The notes below the pieces were generated by a model, which was not told the origin of the DNA, did no database searches, and worked only from the letters and a program-made list of their open reading frames with translations. The translations under genes and the position numbers were made by a program. Shown here piece by piece: positions 51,706-61,528 of a DNA stretch of 64,000 bases; position 1 is the first letter of the stretch, and each line of letters opens with the position of its first letter. Source of the DNA: Sedimentisphaerales bacterium (GTDB lineage: Bacteria; Planctomycetota; Phycisphaerae; Sedimentisphaerales; Anaerobacaceae); contig JAXGYC010000007.1 in assembly GCA_040772485.1 (NCBI GenBank), forward strand, positions 1,056,001 to 1,120,000, read 5' to 3'.

Positions 51706-52539
51706 TCACTTCTCCGGCTCGACGCGCTGAACCGAGATGATCCGGACCGGGTCGACCGGCAGATGCTTGCTGGTCACCGGAACCTCGCCGATGCGATCGA
51801 CGACCTCCATGCCTTTGACCACTTCGCCAAAGACCGTGTGCTTGCCCGTCAGCCAGGGGGTGTCCACCAGATTGATGAAGAACTGCGAGCCGTTTGTATT
51901 CGGGCCGGAATTGGCCATCGCCAGAGACCCACGCTTGGGGGCGTGCGACTTGAACTTGGCGTTGTACTTGTATCCCAGATTGACGTACGCCTCCTTGAGG
52001 CGCATGGTGTGAACGCGCTGATTCACCTCCTCCTGGCGTGCCGCGAGCTGCTCGTCCGAAGTGATTCCCATGACCCGAAACAGGGGACGCAGCACGGTGT
52101 TGTTGAAGTCCTCCTGCGACCGGATGCCGAGCCAGGGATGGGGGCGGCCCTGCTCGTCGAGAACGTTCAGTTTGTCGAGTCCGAGCGCGTCGGCGTTGAT
52201 CTCGTCCTCGAACTTGTAGCCCGGTCCGCCTTCCCCGGTCCCCAGCGGGCAGCCGCCCTGGATCATGAACCCCTTGACGACGCGATGGAACGTCAGACCG
52301 TTGTAGTACGCCTTTCGAACCTTGTGCTCCGTCTTCGGATCGACGAACACCTTGGTCCCCTCGGCCAGCCCAAGGAAGTTCTCGACCGTCTTGGGGGCCT
52401 CTTTGAAATAGAGCCGCACGACGATGTCGCCCATGTTCGTCTTGATCAGGCACTGGGGATCGGCCGACGGTTCGTTGGGTTCGGCTGCCATGAGGACTCC
52501 ACCAAGACAAAGGACAAAGGCTGCTGCGATCCGATTCAT
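51706..52539 (-). CDS. Secreted cyclophilin-type peptidyl-prolyl cis-trans isomerase with internal insertion
   Basis: [44 protein letters not shown]. Confidence 0.93.
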   Translation of the reverse strand: MNRIAAAFVLCLGGVLMAAEPNEPSADPQCLIKTNMGDIVVRLYFKEAPKTVENFLGLAEGTKVFVDPKTEHKVRKAYYNGLTFHRVVKGFMIQGGCPLGTGEGGPGYKFEDEINADALGLDKLNVLDEQGRPHPWLGIRSQEDFNNTVLRPLFRVMGITSDEQLAARQEEVNQRVHTMRLKEAYVNLGYKYNAKFKSHAPKRGSLAMANSGPNTNGSQFFINLVDTPWLTGKHTVFGEVVKGMEVVDRIGEVPVTSKHLPVDPVRIISVQRVEPEK

Positions 52540-52762
52540 ATCTGCTCCTTTGTACGTAGACCGGTCACGTTCACTCCGACGCCTCTATTATACCGAATGC
52601 CGGGGCTTTCCGCCAGCAGCCGTACCGACAAGGCAGAAGATTCGATGGGACAGAAGCGGAGGAGTTGACGGCCCGATAAGAACAGCAGACCTGACGTGTG
52701 GACCGACGCAGACAATACGGACAGATGCTTCGAGGGCAGCAGCCGGAGAGCCGGTGGCAACG

Positions 52763-53464
52763 CTAATTCTCTTGCGTGTCGCCGACACCCACCTTCTGAC
52801 CGAGACGCTGACAGCTCTCGCAGTGGCAGCAACCGACCTGCCGCAGATGCGACGAGCCGGCCAGACGCCGCGTCTCAATCAGCCGGGCCCCTTTGGCCTC
52901 CATCTTGCGAAAGGCCATCTTGGCCTCGCGATTGTCGTGGTAGCCCACGGCGTCCACGACGACGGCCACCCGTTTGTCCCTCTGGAGCAGCCCCAGCGCC
53001 GCCGCCTTGACGGCCCCTTCGGCACAAGCCCCGATGAGGATGAACTCGGACGCCGAGACCTCGCTGAGCAGACGGTCGATGCGCGGCTCGTCGAACGGAT
53101 CGACGCACCGCTTGTGGAGCACCACCTGCTGATAGCGCCGAAGCATGTCGCGAGGCAGGTCCGTGCTGCCGTCGGCCGGGAGAATGATCCGATTCGACAT
53201 CAGGGTGTAGCTGATCTTCTCCTGACCAGGAGTGCCGTCGATGCAGTACTTCGGATCGCCGTTGTTGCCTTCGAGGTAGACTTCGCACGTCGAGATGATC
53301 GGGATATCCCTTCGTCTGGCCCACGCCATCATGCGCCGGATGTGGGCCAGCACCCTTCGGTGGTTTCGGATGCAGGCGCCGCCGTCGGCCAACAGGTAGT
53401 CCCTTTGCGTGTTGACGTCGACGAGGACTTGCCTTCGTTTCGCCCTGACCATTTGAAGTATCAT
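52763..53464 (-). CDS. Isochorismatase/cysteine hydrolase family protein (nicotinamidase-like fold)
   Basis: VDVNTQRD, CIDGTPG, LHKR, IGACAEGAV, VVVDAV; Cys-rich C-terminal tail. Confidence 0.8.
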   Translation of the reverse strand: MILQMVRAKRRQVLVDVNTQRDYLLADGGACIRNHRRVLAHIRRMMAWARRRDIPIISTCEVYLEGNNGDPKYCIDGTPGQEKISYTLMSNRIILPADGSTDLPRDMLRRYQQVVLHKRCVDPFDEPRIDRLLSEVSASEFILIGACAEGAVKAAALGLLQRDKRVAVVVDAVGYHDNREAKMAFRKMEAKGARLIETRRLAGSSHLRQVGCCHCESCQRLGQKVGVGDTQEN

Positions 53465-53602
53465 CCTTCGACTTCCTTTCCGCGCCGGCAGGGTTCCTTG
53501 GGTCTGGTATACCCGCGGCCCACAAAAGAGTTCACTTGCCTAATCATCGTGTGCCGCTATGCGCCACTTTAGTAACGCGGGCAGGAGAAAATTATCCGCA
53601 CC

Positions 53603-53631
53603 TTCACTCCACTTCGGACTTCCCATATAAT
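53603..53631 (+). promoter_or_regulatory. Putative sigma70 promoter for trmB
   Basis: TTCACT-17 bp-TATAAT. Confidence 0.55.
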
Positions 53632-53656
53632 GCGGCGAAAACCTACTGTCGAATGG

Positions 53657-54316
53657 ATGATGAACGATTCCGAACACGACCAGGCGATGGGACGTATCCT
53701 GAGAGAATACAGTGCAATTGTGTTGCGACCGGAAGATTTCCCGGGCCGGATCGATCGGGCCTGCATTTTCGGACGTCTTGGACCGTTTCATATCGAAATC
53801 GGATCGGGTAAAGGAACGTTTCTCGTCCAGGAGGCGCAGGCGCATCCGGAGGTGGACTACCTCGGCATCGAATGGGCGAGCAAGTTCTACCGGTATGCGG
53901 CGGACCGGCTGGGACGCTGGGGGTTGGCCAACGTCCGTATAATCCGAGCGGATGCCGCGACCTTCCTGCGGGAACACGTGCCGGCGGCTTCGGTGGACTG
54001 CTTTCACATCTACTTCCCGGACCCGTGGCCGAAGAAGCGGCATCACAAGCGGCGGTTCGTCCGGCAGGACAACGTGGAGATGCTGATCGCGTGTCTCAAG
54101 CCGGCAGGCAGAATCCAGATGGCGACCGATCATGACGAGTACTTCGAGCAGATGCGGCAGGTAACGTCAGCGTTTTGTGACGAGTTGGAGGAGGCCGAGT
54201 TCGTGCGTCCGGCCGGGGCCGCAGGCGAAGAACTGACGGGGACCAATTACGAACGCAAGTACATCAAGGATCGACGCGCCATCCACGTTCTCGCGTTCCG
54301 AAAAAAGCGGGTGTGA
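53657..54316 (+). CDS. trmB: tRNA (guanine-N7)-methyltransferase TrmB
   Basis: EIGSGKG, YFPDPWPKKRHHKRR, ATD, TNYERK; start 53657 or 53687. Confidence 0.95.
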   Translation: MMNDSEHDQAMGRILREYSAIVLRPEDFPGRIDRACIFGRLGPFHIEIGSGKGTFLVQEAQAHPEVDYLGIEWASKFYRYAADRLGRWGLANVRIIRADAATFLREHVPAASVDCFHIYFPDPWPKKRHHKRRFVRQDNVEMLIACLKPAGRIQMATDHDEYFEQMRQVTSAFCDELEEAEFVRPAGAAGEELTGTNYERKYIKDRRAIHVLAFRKKRV

Positions 54317-54345
54317 AGGAACGCCAATCCGAGCGGGATGCGGCA

Positions 54346-56547
54346 TCAAGGGACGTCCAGTCGCTCCAACGCGGTCAGGGCCACGCGCTTGACATAGTCG
54401 TCGGAGTCGTTGGCCGCGGCCTTGATCCGGGCCAGCGCCGGCCGGGCCTTTGCGCCCAGCTTGTCGAGCGCGACGATGGCGAACATGCGGACTTTGTCCG
54501 TCGGATGCTTCAGCGCGTCCGCCAGCACGGGCAGCCCACTGTCTTCGGCTCCCCAGTCGCACATCGCATGGGCCGCGGCAACGCGAACCACCATGGATTC
54601 ATCTGCCAGCCGGGCCTTCACCGCCGTTCGGGCAAACGCGACATCGGCCCGGAACTTGCCGGCGGCGTGCAGCCCAACAATCGCCCAGTACCGAATCGAC
54701 GGTCTCGCATCGTCCAGGTACGGCAGATAGGAATAGACCGCGTTGGCGCCCTCGTAGTCCAGCTCCTTGAGCTTCCAGAGTCGCTGACGCAGGTTGGACG
54801 CGCCGATCCTTTCCCGCCAGTGCTCGGCGCCTGTGGGCGTCGGCCGCTCGACGACGGGAGCGCCCGGCTCGAACGTCACCAGATCGCTGTCGCGGAAACC
54901 GATCCGGCAGGCCTTGGCGTACAGCACGTCGCCCGGTTTCAGCGGGACCTCGCGCGAACAAAGCAACCACCCTGTCTTGTCCTTCGGGTCGCCGCCCACG
55001 CGATACGCGATGGAGGACCCCGCCGTGGCGCAGGCCAGCGTGACGCTCGCTCCCTCGGTCGCATCGCCCGTTCGCTTGACGACCACCGGCGGCGCCGTCT
55101 TCTCGTATTGCCCGTTCGGCCGTTTCCATTCGTCAAAGATCGGCTCGGGAATCAATCCGACGTCCTGCGTGTCTTTGTACCACTCTTCATGCGCCCTTCG
55201 CAGCCGCTCCAACACCTCCGCGTAGGCCGGATCGCCGGCCAGATTGCGGACCTCATGAGGGTCAGCGACAACGTCATAGAGTTCTTCAATCGGCTTGGCC
55301 GGTTCGAAGTACTGCTTCTGCGGCCCATCCAGTTCGCCCTCGGCGTGGAGCCGTCGCATCTCCTGCATCGTGGGCATCTCATTCATGTAACGGATGTCCT
55401 GGGCGCGTGAAACGTACCACATGTAGTTGCGGATGTACTTGAAGCGTTTGTCCCGGACGGCCCGGATCAGGTCGTACGCTTCATCCATGCGATCGCGGGC
55501 GGCGAAAACGTACTCCCGCGGCCTGGCTTTGCGGGGTCCCAGAAACGCATGGCCCTGCATGTGAGAAGGGATCTCCACTGTGGCCAGCGAGAGCATCGTC
55601 GGGGCGAAGTCAACGAAGGCAATCAGGTCGTCGTTGACCGTTCCGGGGGCGATCGCCTCGGGCCTGTCCGGCATGGCGAGTTTGCACCACTTCGGGGGGA
55701 CGCGGACAATCAGCGGCACGCGAAGGCCGGAATCGTAGATCCATCGCTTGGCGCGAGGCAGCCCCCGACCGTGGTCTCCCCAGAACCACACGATCGTATC
55801 GTCGGCCAGACCGTCCTGCTCCAGGTCATCGAGCACCTGCCTGACCTGTCTGTCCATCAGCGTGATGAGGTCGTAGTACTGCGCCCAATCCTGCCGGACC
55901 CTGGGCGTGTCGGGGTAGTATGGCGGAAGCACCGCCTGGGCGGGATCGTGCCGCTCTGCCGGACCCAGACCGGCCAGTCGCCTGAGCATCGCATCGCTTC
56001 GGTTGCGGATCTGGCTCTCATGCGTCGTCGTGAAGTTGATGACCGCAAAGAACGGCTTGTCTTTGGGGCGGTTCCGCCAATGCGCGCTGCTGCTGCACTC
56101 GTCCCACGCCGTCAGCGGAGCTTCGAACTGGTAGTCCGTCTTGACGTTGTTGGTGCAGTAGTAGCCGGCCGCGCGCAGGTACTCGGGAAAGCACTTGACT
56201 TGCTGCGGGGGCACGCCCGCACAGCGCATGTGGTGTGTCCCGATCGTCGTCGGGTACATCCCGGTGATGATTCCCGATCGGGTCGGTGCGCAGACGCCGG
56301 AATGCGAGAACACATGGTTGTACCGCACGCCTTCCGAGGCCAGCCGATCCAGGTTGGGCGTCACCGCATACGCATCGCCATAACAGCCCAGGTCCGGGCT
56401 GATATCCTCCGTGCTGATCCAGAGGAAATTGGGCCGGTCCTGCCGGCGAACTTCCTGAGCAAGAAGGGAACGTTTCGGCAGCATCATCGCCGTCAGAGAC
56501 CCGCACGCCACTTTCAGAAATCGGCGCCGGTTCCAGTTGCCGTTCAT
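54346..56547 (-). CDS. Tat-exported formylglycine-type sulfatase with C-terminal HEAT repeats
   Basis: NRRRFLK; PNFLWISTED; CAPTR (CxPxR); GDHG; ELYD; HEAT-like VRVAAAHAM and VKRVALTAL; ATG 56547 after GGAGG. Confidence 0.9.
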   Translation of the reverse strand: MNGNWNRRRFLKVACGSLTAMMLPKRSLLAQEVRRQDRPNFLWISTEDISPDLGCYGDAYAVTPNLDRLASEGVRYNHVFSHSGVCAPTRSGIITGMYPTTIGTHHMRCAGVPPQQVKCFPEYLRAAGYYCTNNVKTDYQFEAPLTAWDECSSSAHWRNRPKDKPFFAVINFTTTHESQIRNRSDAMLRRLAGLGPAERHDPAQAVLPPYYPDTPRVRQDWAQYYDLITLMDRQVRQVLDDLEQDGLADDTIVWFWGDHGRGLPRAKRWIYDSGLRVPLIVRVPPKWCKLAMPDRPEAIAPGTVNDDLIAFVDFAPTMLSLATVEIPSHMQGHAFLGPRKARPREYVFAARDRMDEAYDLIRAVRDKRFKYIRNYMWYVSRAQDIRYMNEMPTMQEMRRLHAEGELDGPQKQYFEPAKPIEELYDVVADPHEVRNLAGDPAYAEVLERLRRAHEEWYKDTQDVGLIPEPIFDEWKRPNGQYEKTAPPVVVKRTGDATEGASVTLACATAGSSIAYRVGGDPKDKTGWLLCSREVPLKPGDVLYAKACRIGFRDSDLVTFEPGAPVVERPTPTGAEHWRERIGASNLRQRLWKLKELDYEGANAVYSYLPYLDDARPSIRYWAIVGLHAAGKFRADVAFARTAVKARLADESMVVRVAAAHAMCDWGAEDSGLPVLADALKHPTDKVRMFAIVALDKLGAKARPALARIKAAANDSDDYVKRVALTALERLDVP

Positions 56548-56638
56548 ATAACCTCCAGACCGGGCGTTTCCGATGCGCTGGCCCATCGGAAGATGCCAAC
56601 TCAGAACAGGGAACGCCCTGTGGACACTCCACAGGATC

Positions 56639-59600
56639 TCATTGCGGCGTTCCAAGGATCTTCAGGGAATCCTCGATCACAGGAAGGGTCTTGGTTTCCA
56701 CTTTGGGATTGTCGGCCTTCCCCGTGACCTCCATGCGAACGACGGCGCCGCCGAGTCCCTCGGTCAGCGACTGAAGGATCGACGGCTTGGCCGCCGCGAC
56801 GCGTCGACCGCGAGCGGTCAGCGTGAGATTGACGTCGTTGTCGCGCAGGTTCATGGCGCCGCTGCCGGTAAAGGCCAGATTCCTGCCCGACATGTCGAAC
56901 TTGCTGATCAGCAGCTTGTTGCGCTTGAGATACGATTCCAGCAGCATCCGTTCGAACGCGTAGTCCGTGGGTTCCGTCAGACTCAACACGGCCAGGAGAT
57001 TGGCCAATGGCGAGACCTTTCCCACCTGCATGTCCGCCACATCGATCCGGCAGACGCCGAGACGGGAGGAGCCATCACCGATCGAGGCCCCCAATCCCAG
57101 TGTCGCGTTCATCGTCCCGCTGCTGGCGCTCGTCTCCGCCACGGGATCGAGCTTGCCACCCAGGAGAAACCTCTTGAGATCGACCCGGACCAGACCGACG
57201 GTCGCCAGATACTGAACCACGCCGGCTGCAACCGGTTCGATACGGAGACGGCCGAGAAGATGACCGCCGTAGCAGTCGCCCAGGAAGTTGTCTGCCGACC
57301 ACGCGCGCGTGTTCGGATCGTATACGAGTTCGGCGTTCAGACGGGTAACGTCCTTGCCCTTGATGTTGAACCGGTCGGCCGCCAGTTGCATTCGCCCGGA
57401 TGAAAACCCGGTCTTCGTATCGTACGCCGCCTCGATGCCGAGAGTCCCGTACACCTCGGTTCCCGTGCCGGAGACATGGAAGCTGCACGGCCGCAGGTCC
57501 ATCCGACCGCCGAGCCGAACAAGCTTATGGTCTTTTCCCGAGACCTCCAGAGTCTCCATGTCCAGATCGAATGGCCCTCTGGGCGAGGAATCCCGATAGA
57601 TGCCCTGGAGACTCTTCGGCAGCGATTCACCCAACTGCGACGTGAACAGAATGTCACGCGCTCGCGCCGTGAATACCGCTTCCCCCCGGCTCTCGGGCAG
57701 AAGGCTCAGACGCCCGTTGACGCGCACCGAAGGCCGCAGGGACGGATCGGACTGGAGCGATGGCGCCGCTTCGATGTCCTGGAACGTCACGGCCTTCGCG
57801 TCCACGGCAATCGTGCCTGTGACGTCTTGCAGCGGGTACGGGAATCTCTCGTGGTTGATCTTGTTTCCGAGGCACACGATGGAAGCCGTCAGATCGGGCG
57901 GCTGGTTGCTGTCGACCTTGCTGTAGCCTATGGTGACGTCCACCGCCCCCTCCGGCCGGAATGCCAAAACGTGCCGCCTGGCCGCCTCCGGCAGCAACCC
58001 CAGCACCGTCTCGTCCAGTGGTGTTTGCTTCGTCGTCACGTTCAGATGGTATTGCCCCGGCTGGTCGGCCCTGGCGAACTGTATGCTCCCCGCCAACCGC
58101 ACTTCACTCTGGCGGTATCGCCCGACGCAATCCGTGATCGCGGCCGAATCCGGCGTGATGGAGGCCTGACCCGAAAGACCCGTCAGCACCACCGGCCAGG
58201 AATCCATCTTCAGGGAAGCATCGGCCACGAAAGCGTCGGCCGCGAAGCGGATGGGATTCGGGCTGTTGACGTCCTCGGCGGTGAAGATCCTGGCGCGGAC
58301 CCTCGCGGTTCCGCTGGCGTCGAATCGTCTGGCCGCCGTCCGGTATTGCTCCGGCAGCGCCTGCCTCAGCGTTGCATCCAGCGGGATGGCGTTGGCATCG
58401 ACCGTGATATTGTAGATCGGCCGGCCTGTGTCGCGGTCGGTGACCTGACCGTCCAGTCGGATCCGGCGCCCCTGCCCCGATGCAACCACGTCGGTCACAA
58501 GGACCCTCTCCCGGTCGAAGTAGATTCCTCCCGTCATGTCTTGCAGAGGATAGGGGAACTTCTCGTACGTGGCGTTGACACCGCGCAGGTCGATGGCGAT
58601 GTGGCTGCGTTTGTCCGACGGGCTCGACCGAGTCAACCGGTAATCCACGCCAATGACCCCGCTCGGCGAAAAGGCGTCCCAGAGCCGCTTCTGGCCTGGC
58701 GGCAGCGCCGCATAGAGGTCTTCGTCCAGAATCATATTGCCGCTGGAGATCTGGTACTGATACTGTCGATGGTCGCCATGGCCCCTGGCCCAGCCCTGGA
58801 TCAGCACATCCACCTCGCCATGCTTGCCCTTGAGCTGGTTCAACTGCACCGCGGACTGGGAGAACTCCACCGTTCCGGACAGATGATCGACCGCATAGGG
58901 AAACCGGCTGTCAAGGATGGACATATCCTCGCACACCACACTTCCCGTGACCTCACTGTCAAACAGGGCGTGGACATTGCCGCGTGCATCGAGGCGGACC
59001 GACGCAACTCGGCCGAACGGACGAAACCGGGCGAAGAACCGCTGGGCGGCCGCCATCCCGCCGGACTGCCGAGCCGGGTCCGTCGCGAGCAGCCGAAAGG
59101 CGTCAACTTCCGGGCTGTGCTTGCTGTGCAGGTCCTTGATCTGCAGGTGCAGCTTGTAGGCGCCGGAACGATCGTACTCGACGTCCGCGGCCAACACGTC
59201 GACGGCCCAAGCCCGTTCGAGCGAAGGAATGTCCGTCGAGGACAAGCCGCCGGCCACCTCAAATCGCCCGGGGGTCCAGGAGCCTCGCAGAGCGCTGTCT
59301 CCGTAGCCGCCGGAGAGCTTGGCCGTCTTGATCTCGAACCCGTGGCTGCCGTCGCTGACGCCGGGGAATCCGAAGCGCGCTTCCACAGGCACCGAGGTCA
59401 CCACTTCCGTCTCCCCCCCGGACACCTTGCAGTAGCGCAGCTTGCCTCGCCGAAGAGCAACAACCGGCACTCGTCCGCCTTTGCCCGAGGAGGTATTCAG
59501 CCGCAAGCCGCCGACATTCCATCGTCCGGAATCGAGATCGTGCTGGACGTCGAGAATGAAATCCACAACGTGAATCTCCTTCACACGAGGCGACAACAGC

Positions 59601-59941
59601 AGCAAACTGCCCAGACTGAACTTCGCATAGACGTTCTTGGCGCGCAGGATCGTGTCGTCGTAGAACAGCGCCTCGTGTTCGGCGGGACGAATGACGATGC
59701 CGTCGATGGAGACGGAGGCGTTGCGGTGGAAATCGAAAGGCCCCATCTCGATGCGCGTGTTCGTCAGCCGGCTGATCTCCACAGCGGCGATCCCGGGCAG
59801 GGCTCTGGCCACCCAGATGCCGAGGACGACGACGGCCGCCAGGAGAATCGCGGGCAGAACCGCCAGGCGGATGAGCATGCGGCGACGCCATCCTCTCTTG
59901 GTGAAGTCTGCTCCCGTGCTGGAACGTATGGATCGGGCCAT
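56639..59941 (-). CDS. AsmA-like protein (N-terminal TM anchor, repeated beta-strand body, AsmA_2-like C-terminus)
   Basis: Single N-terminal TM segment; repeated FPY..G.I units; C-terminal EVTGKADNP. Confidence 0.75.
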   Translation of the reverse strand: MARSIRSSTGADFTKRGWRRRMLIRLAVLPAILLAAVVVLGIWVARALPGIAAVEISRLTNTRIEMGPFDFHRNASVSIDGIVIRPAEHEALFYDDTILRAKNVYAKFSLGSLLLLSPRVKEIHVVDFILDVQHDLDSGRWNVGGLRLNTSSGKGGRVPVVALRRGKLRYCKVSGGETEVVTSVPVEARFGFPGVSDGSHGFEIKTAKLSGGYGDSALRGSWTPGRFEVAGGLSSTDIPSLERAWAVDVLAADVEYDRSGAYKLHLQIKDLHSKHSPEVDAFRLLATDPARQSGGMAAAQRFFARFRPFGRVASVRLDARGNVHALFDSEVTGSVVCEDMSILDSRFPYAVDHLSGTVEFSQSAVQLNQLKGKHGEVDVLIQGWARGHGDHRQYQYQISSGNMILDEDLYAALPPGQKRLWDAFSPSGVIGVDYRLTRSSPSDKRSHIAIDLRGVNATYEKFPYPLQDMTGGIYFDRERVLVTDVVASGQGRRIRLDGQVTDRDTGRPIYNITVDANAIPLDATLRQALPEQYRTAARRFDASGTARVRARIFTAEDVNSPNPIRFAADAFVADASLKMDSWPVVLTGLSGQASITPDSAAITDCVGRYRQSEVRLAGSIQFARADQPGQYHLNVTTKQTPLDETVLGLLPEAARRHVLAFRPEGAVDVTIGYSKVDSNQPPDLTASIVCLGNKINHERFPYPLQDVTGTIAVDAKAVTFQDIEAAPSLQSDPSLRPSVRVNGRLSLLPESRGEAVFTARARDILFTSQLGESLPKSLQGIYRDSSPRGPFDLDMETLEVSGKDHKLVRLGGRMDLRPCSFHVSGTGTEVYGTLGIEAAYDTKTGFSSGRMQLAADRFNIKGKDVTRLNAELVYDPNTRAWSADNFLGDCYGGHLLGRLRIEPVAAGVVQYLATVGLVRVDLKRFLLGGKLDPVAETSASSGTMNATLGLGASIGDGSSRLGVCRIDVADMQVGKVSPLANLLAVLSLTEPTDYAFERMLLESYLKRNKLLISKFDMSGRNLAFTGSGAMNLRDNDVNLTLTARGRRVAAAKPSILQSLTEGLGGAVVRMEVTGKADNPKVETKTLPVIEDSLKILGTPQ

Positions 59942-59971
59942 GAGAACTCGCGCATCGTTCGAATTGCAGGG

Positions 59972-61249
59972 CTAACGCGACCGCCGAATCGCCTTGTCGG
60001 AGATATCGCGACGGCAATACGCCCCTTCAAAGGAAATGCGATCGACCGCCTCATAAGCCCGCGCCTTTGCGGCGGCCGTATCGCGTCCCAGGGCCGTCAC
60101 ACCCAGAACGCGTCCACCGCTGGTGACCACGTTGCCGTTCTGCTGTTCCGTCCCGGCGTGAAACACCACCACGTCGCCGAGAGACTCCGCCTCGGCAATC
60201 CCCGTGATGACCTTGCCTTTGGCGTAGGCATCCGGATACCCGCCGGAAGCCATCACGACGCACACGGCCGGGCGCGGGTCCCACTGAAGGCACATATCAT
60301 CCAGTCGGCCGTCGCAGACCGCCAGGAACACTTCCAACAGGTCGCTCTTGAGTCTCATCAGGATCGGCTGGGTCTCCGGATCGCCGAACCGGACGTTGAA
60401 TTCCAGAACGCGCGGCCCGCCGCTGGTCATCATCAGCCCCGCGTAGAGAACTCCCCTGTACGGCGTACCGTTGCGGTTCATCGCATCCACGATGGGCACC
60501 AGTATCTCGCGCGAGATGCGGCCCATCATGTCGTCGGTGACCACAGGCGCAGGGCTGTAGGCGCCCATCCCGCCCGTGTTCGGGCCCGTGTCGCCGTCAC
60601 CGATAGGCTTATGGTCCTGCGACGACTCCATGAGATAGATGTTGCGGCCGTCCACGAACGCGAGAATCGAGGCCTCCTCTCCGAGCAGCTTGTCCTCCAC
60701 GATCACCCGGTCTCCGGCCGCTCCGAAAATCCGGTCGACCATGATCCGCTCGGCGGCCAGAATACCGTCGGACGGCTCGTCGCAAACGATGACACCTTTG
60801 CCCTTGGCCAGCCCGGTGGCCTTGATCACGACGGGCTCGTCGCGACTGGCGATGTACGCCTTCGCGTCGCTGAACCGGTCGAACACGCGGGATTCGGCCG
60901 TCGAAACGGCGCTGGCACGCATCATCTGCTTGGCGAAGGCCTTGTCGGCCTCCAACTGCGCGGCCGCACCGCTCGGGCCGAACGCCTTGATCCCGGCCGC
61001 TTCCATCGCGTCCACGAGCCCGGACGCCAGTGGATCCTCCGGGCCGACAACAACCAGACCGACGTTCTGCGTCCGGGCGAAGTCCACCAGCGATGCAACG
61101 TCGTTATCCCCGATGGCGACGTTCTGTCCACACAGGGCGGTGCCCGCGTTTCCCGGCGCGATGTAGAGCTTGCCGAGCTGTTTGGATTGTCTCAACTTCC
61201 AGGCGATCGCGTGCTCGCGTCCCCCACTGCCGATCAGCAGTACGTCCAT
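59972..61249 (-). CDS. purD: Phosphoribosylamine--glycine ligase
   Basis: LIGSGGREHA, APGNAG, VGPEDPL, GLAKGKGV, GPNTGGMG, EFNVRFGDPETQ, TSGGRV. Confidence 0.97.
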   Translation of the reverse strand: MDVLLIGSGGREHAIAWKLRQSKQLGKLYIAPGNAGTALCGQNVAIGDNDVASLVDFARTQNVGLVVVGPEDPLASGLVDAMEAAGIKAFGPSGAAAQLEADKAFAKQMMRASAVSTAESRVFDRFSDAKAYIASRDEPVVIKATGLAKGKGVIVCDEPSDGILAAERIMVDRIFGAAGDRVIVEDKLLGEEASILAFVDGRNIYLMESSQDHKPIGDGDTGPNTGGMGAYSPAPVVTDDMMGRISREILVPIVDAMNRNGTPYRGVLYAGLMMTSGGPRVLEFNVRFGDPETQPILMRLKSDLLEVFLAVCDGRLDDMCLQWDPRPAVCVVMASGGYPDAYAKGKVITGIAEAESLGDVVVFHAGTEQQNGNVVTSGGRVLGVTALGRDTAAAKARAYEAVDRISFEGAYCRRDISDKAIRRSR

Positions 61250-61528
61250 TCTCTTACCTCAAATCTCATCCTGAGTCCGGCCCGACATTGACAGAGCCCG
61301 GGCTGCCCGCCGTTCGGGCCCGGCGACCGTAGAGTACTACTGTATCAAAGCCGCGCCGTTTGCTCAAGCCGATAGTTGGCAGGGAAGAGATGGCAGGAAC
61401 GTGAAGCAGGAGGGCAACCTGGGCAGCAGCGCGCAAAGCATCCTCACGCCGCCCAGAGGACGCGGCGCGATCGCGGTCAGGCCGCCAGATGTTCCTTCAG
61501 ACGCTTCGGCACGCACGCGGCCGACAGG

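Noticed and set aside
61250..61345. ZTP or purine riboswitch upstream of purD
   Set aside because: No match to the conserved motifs of either class
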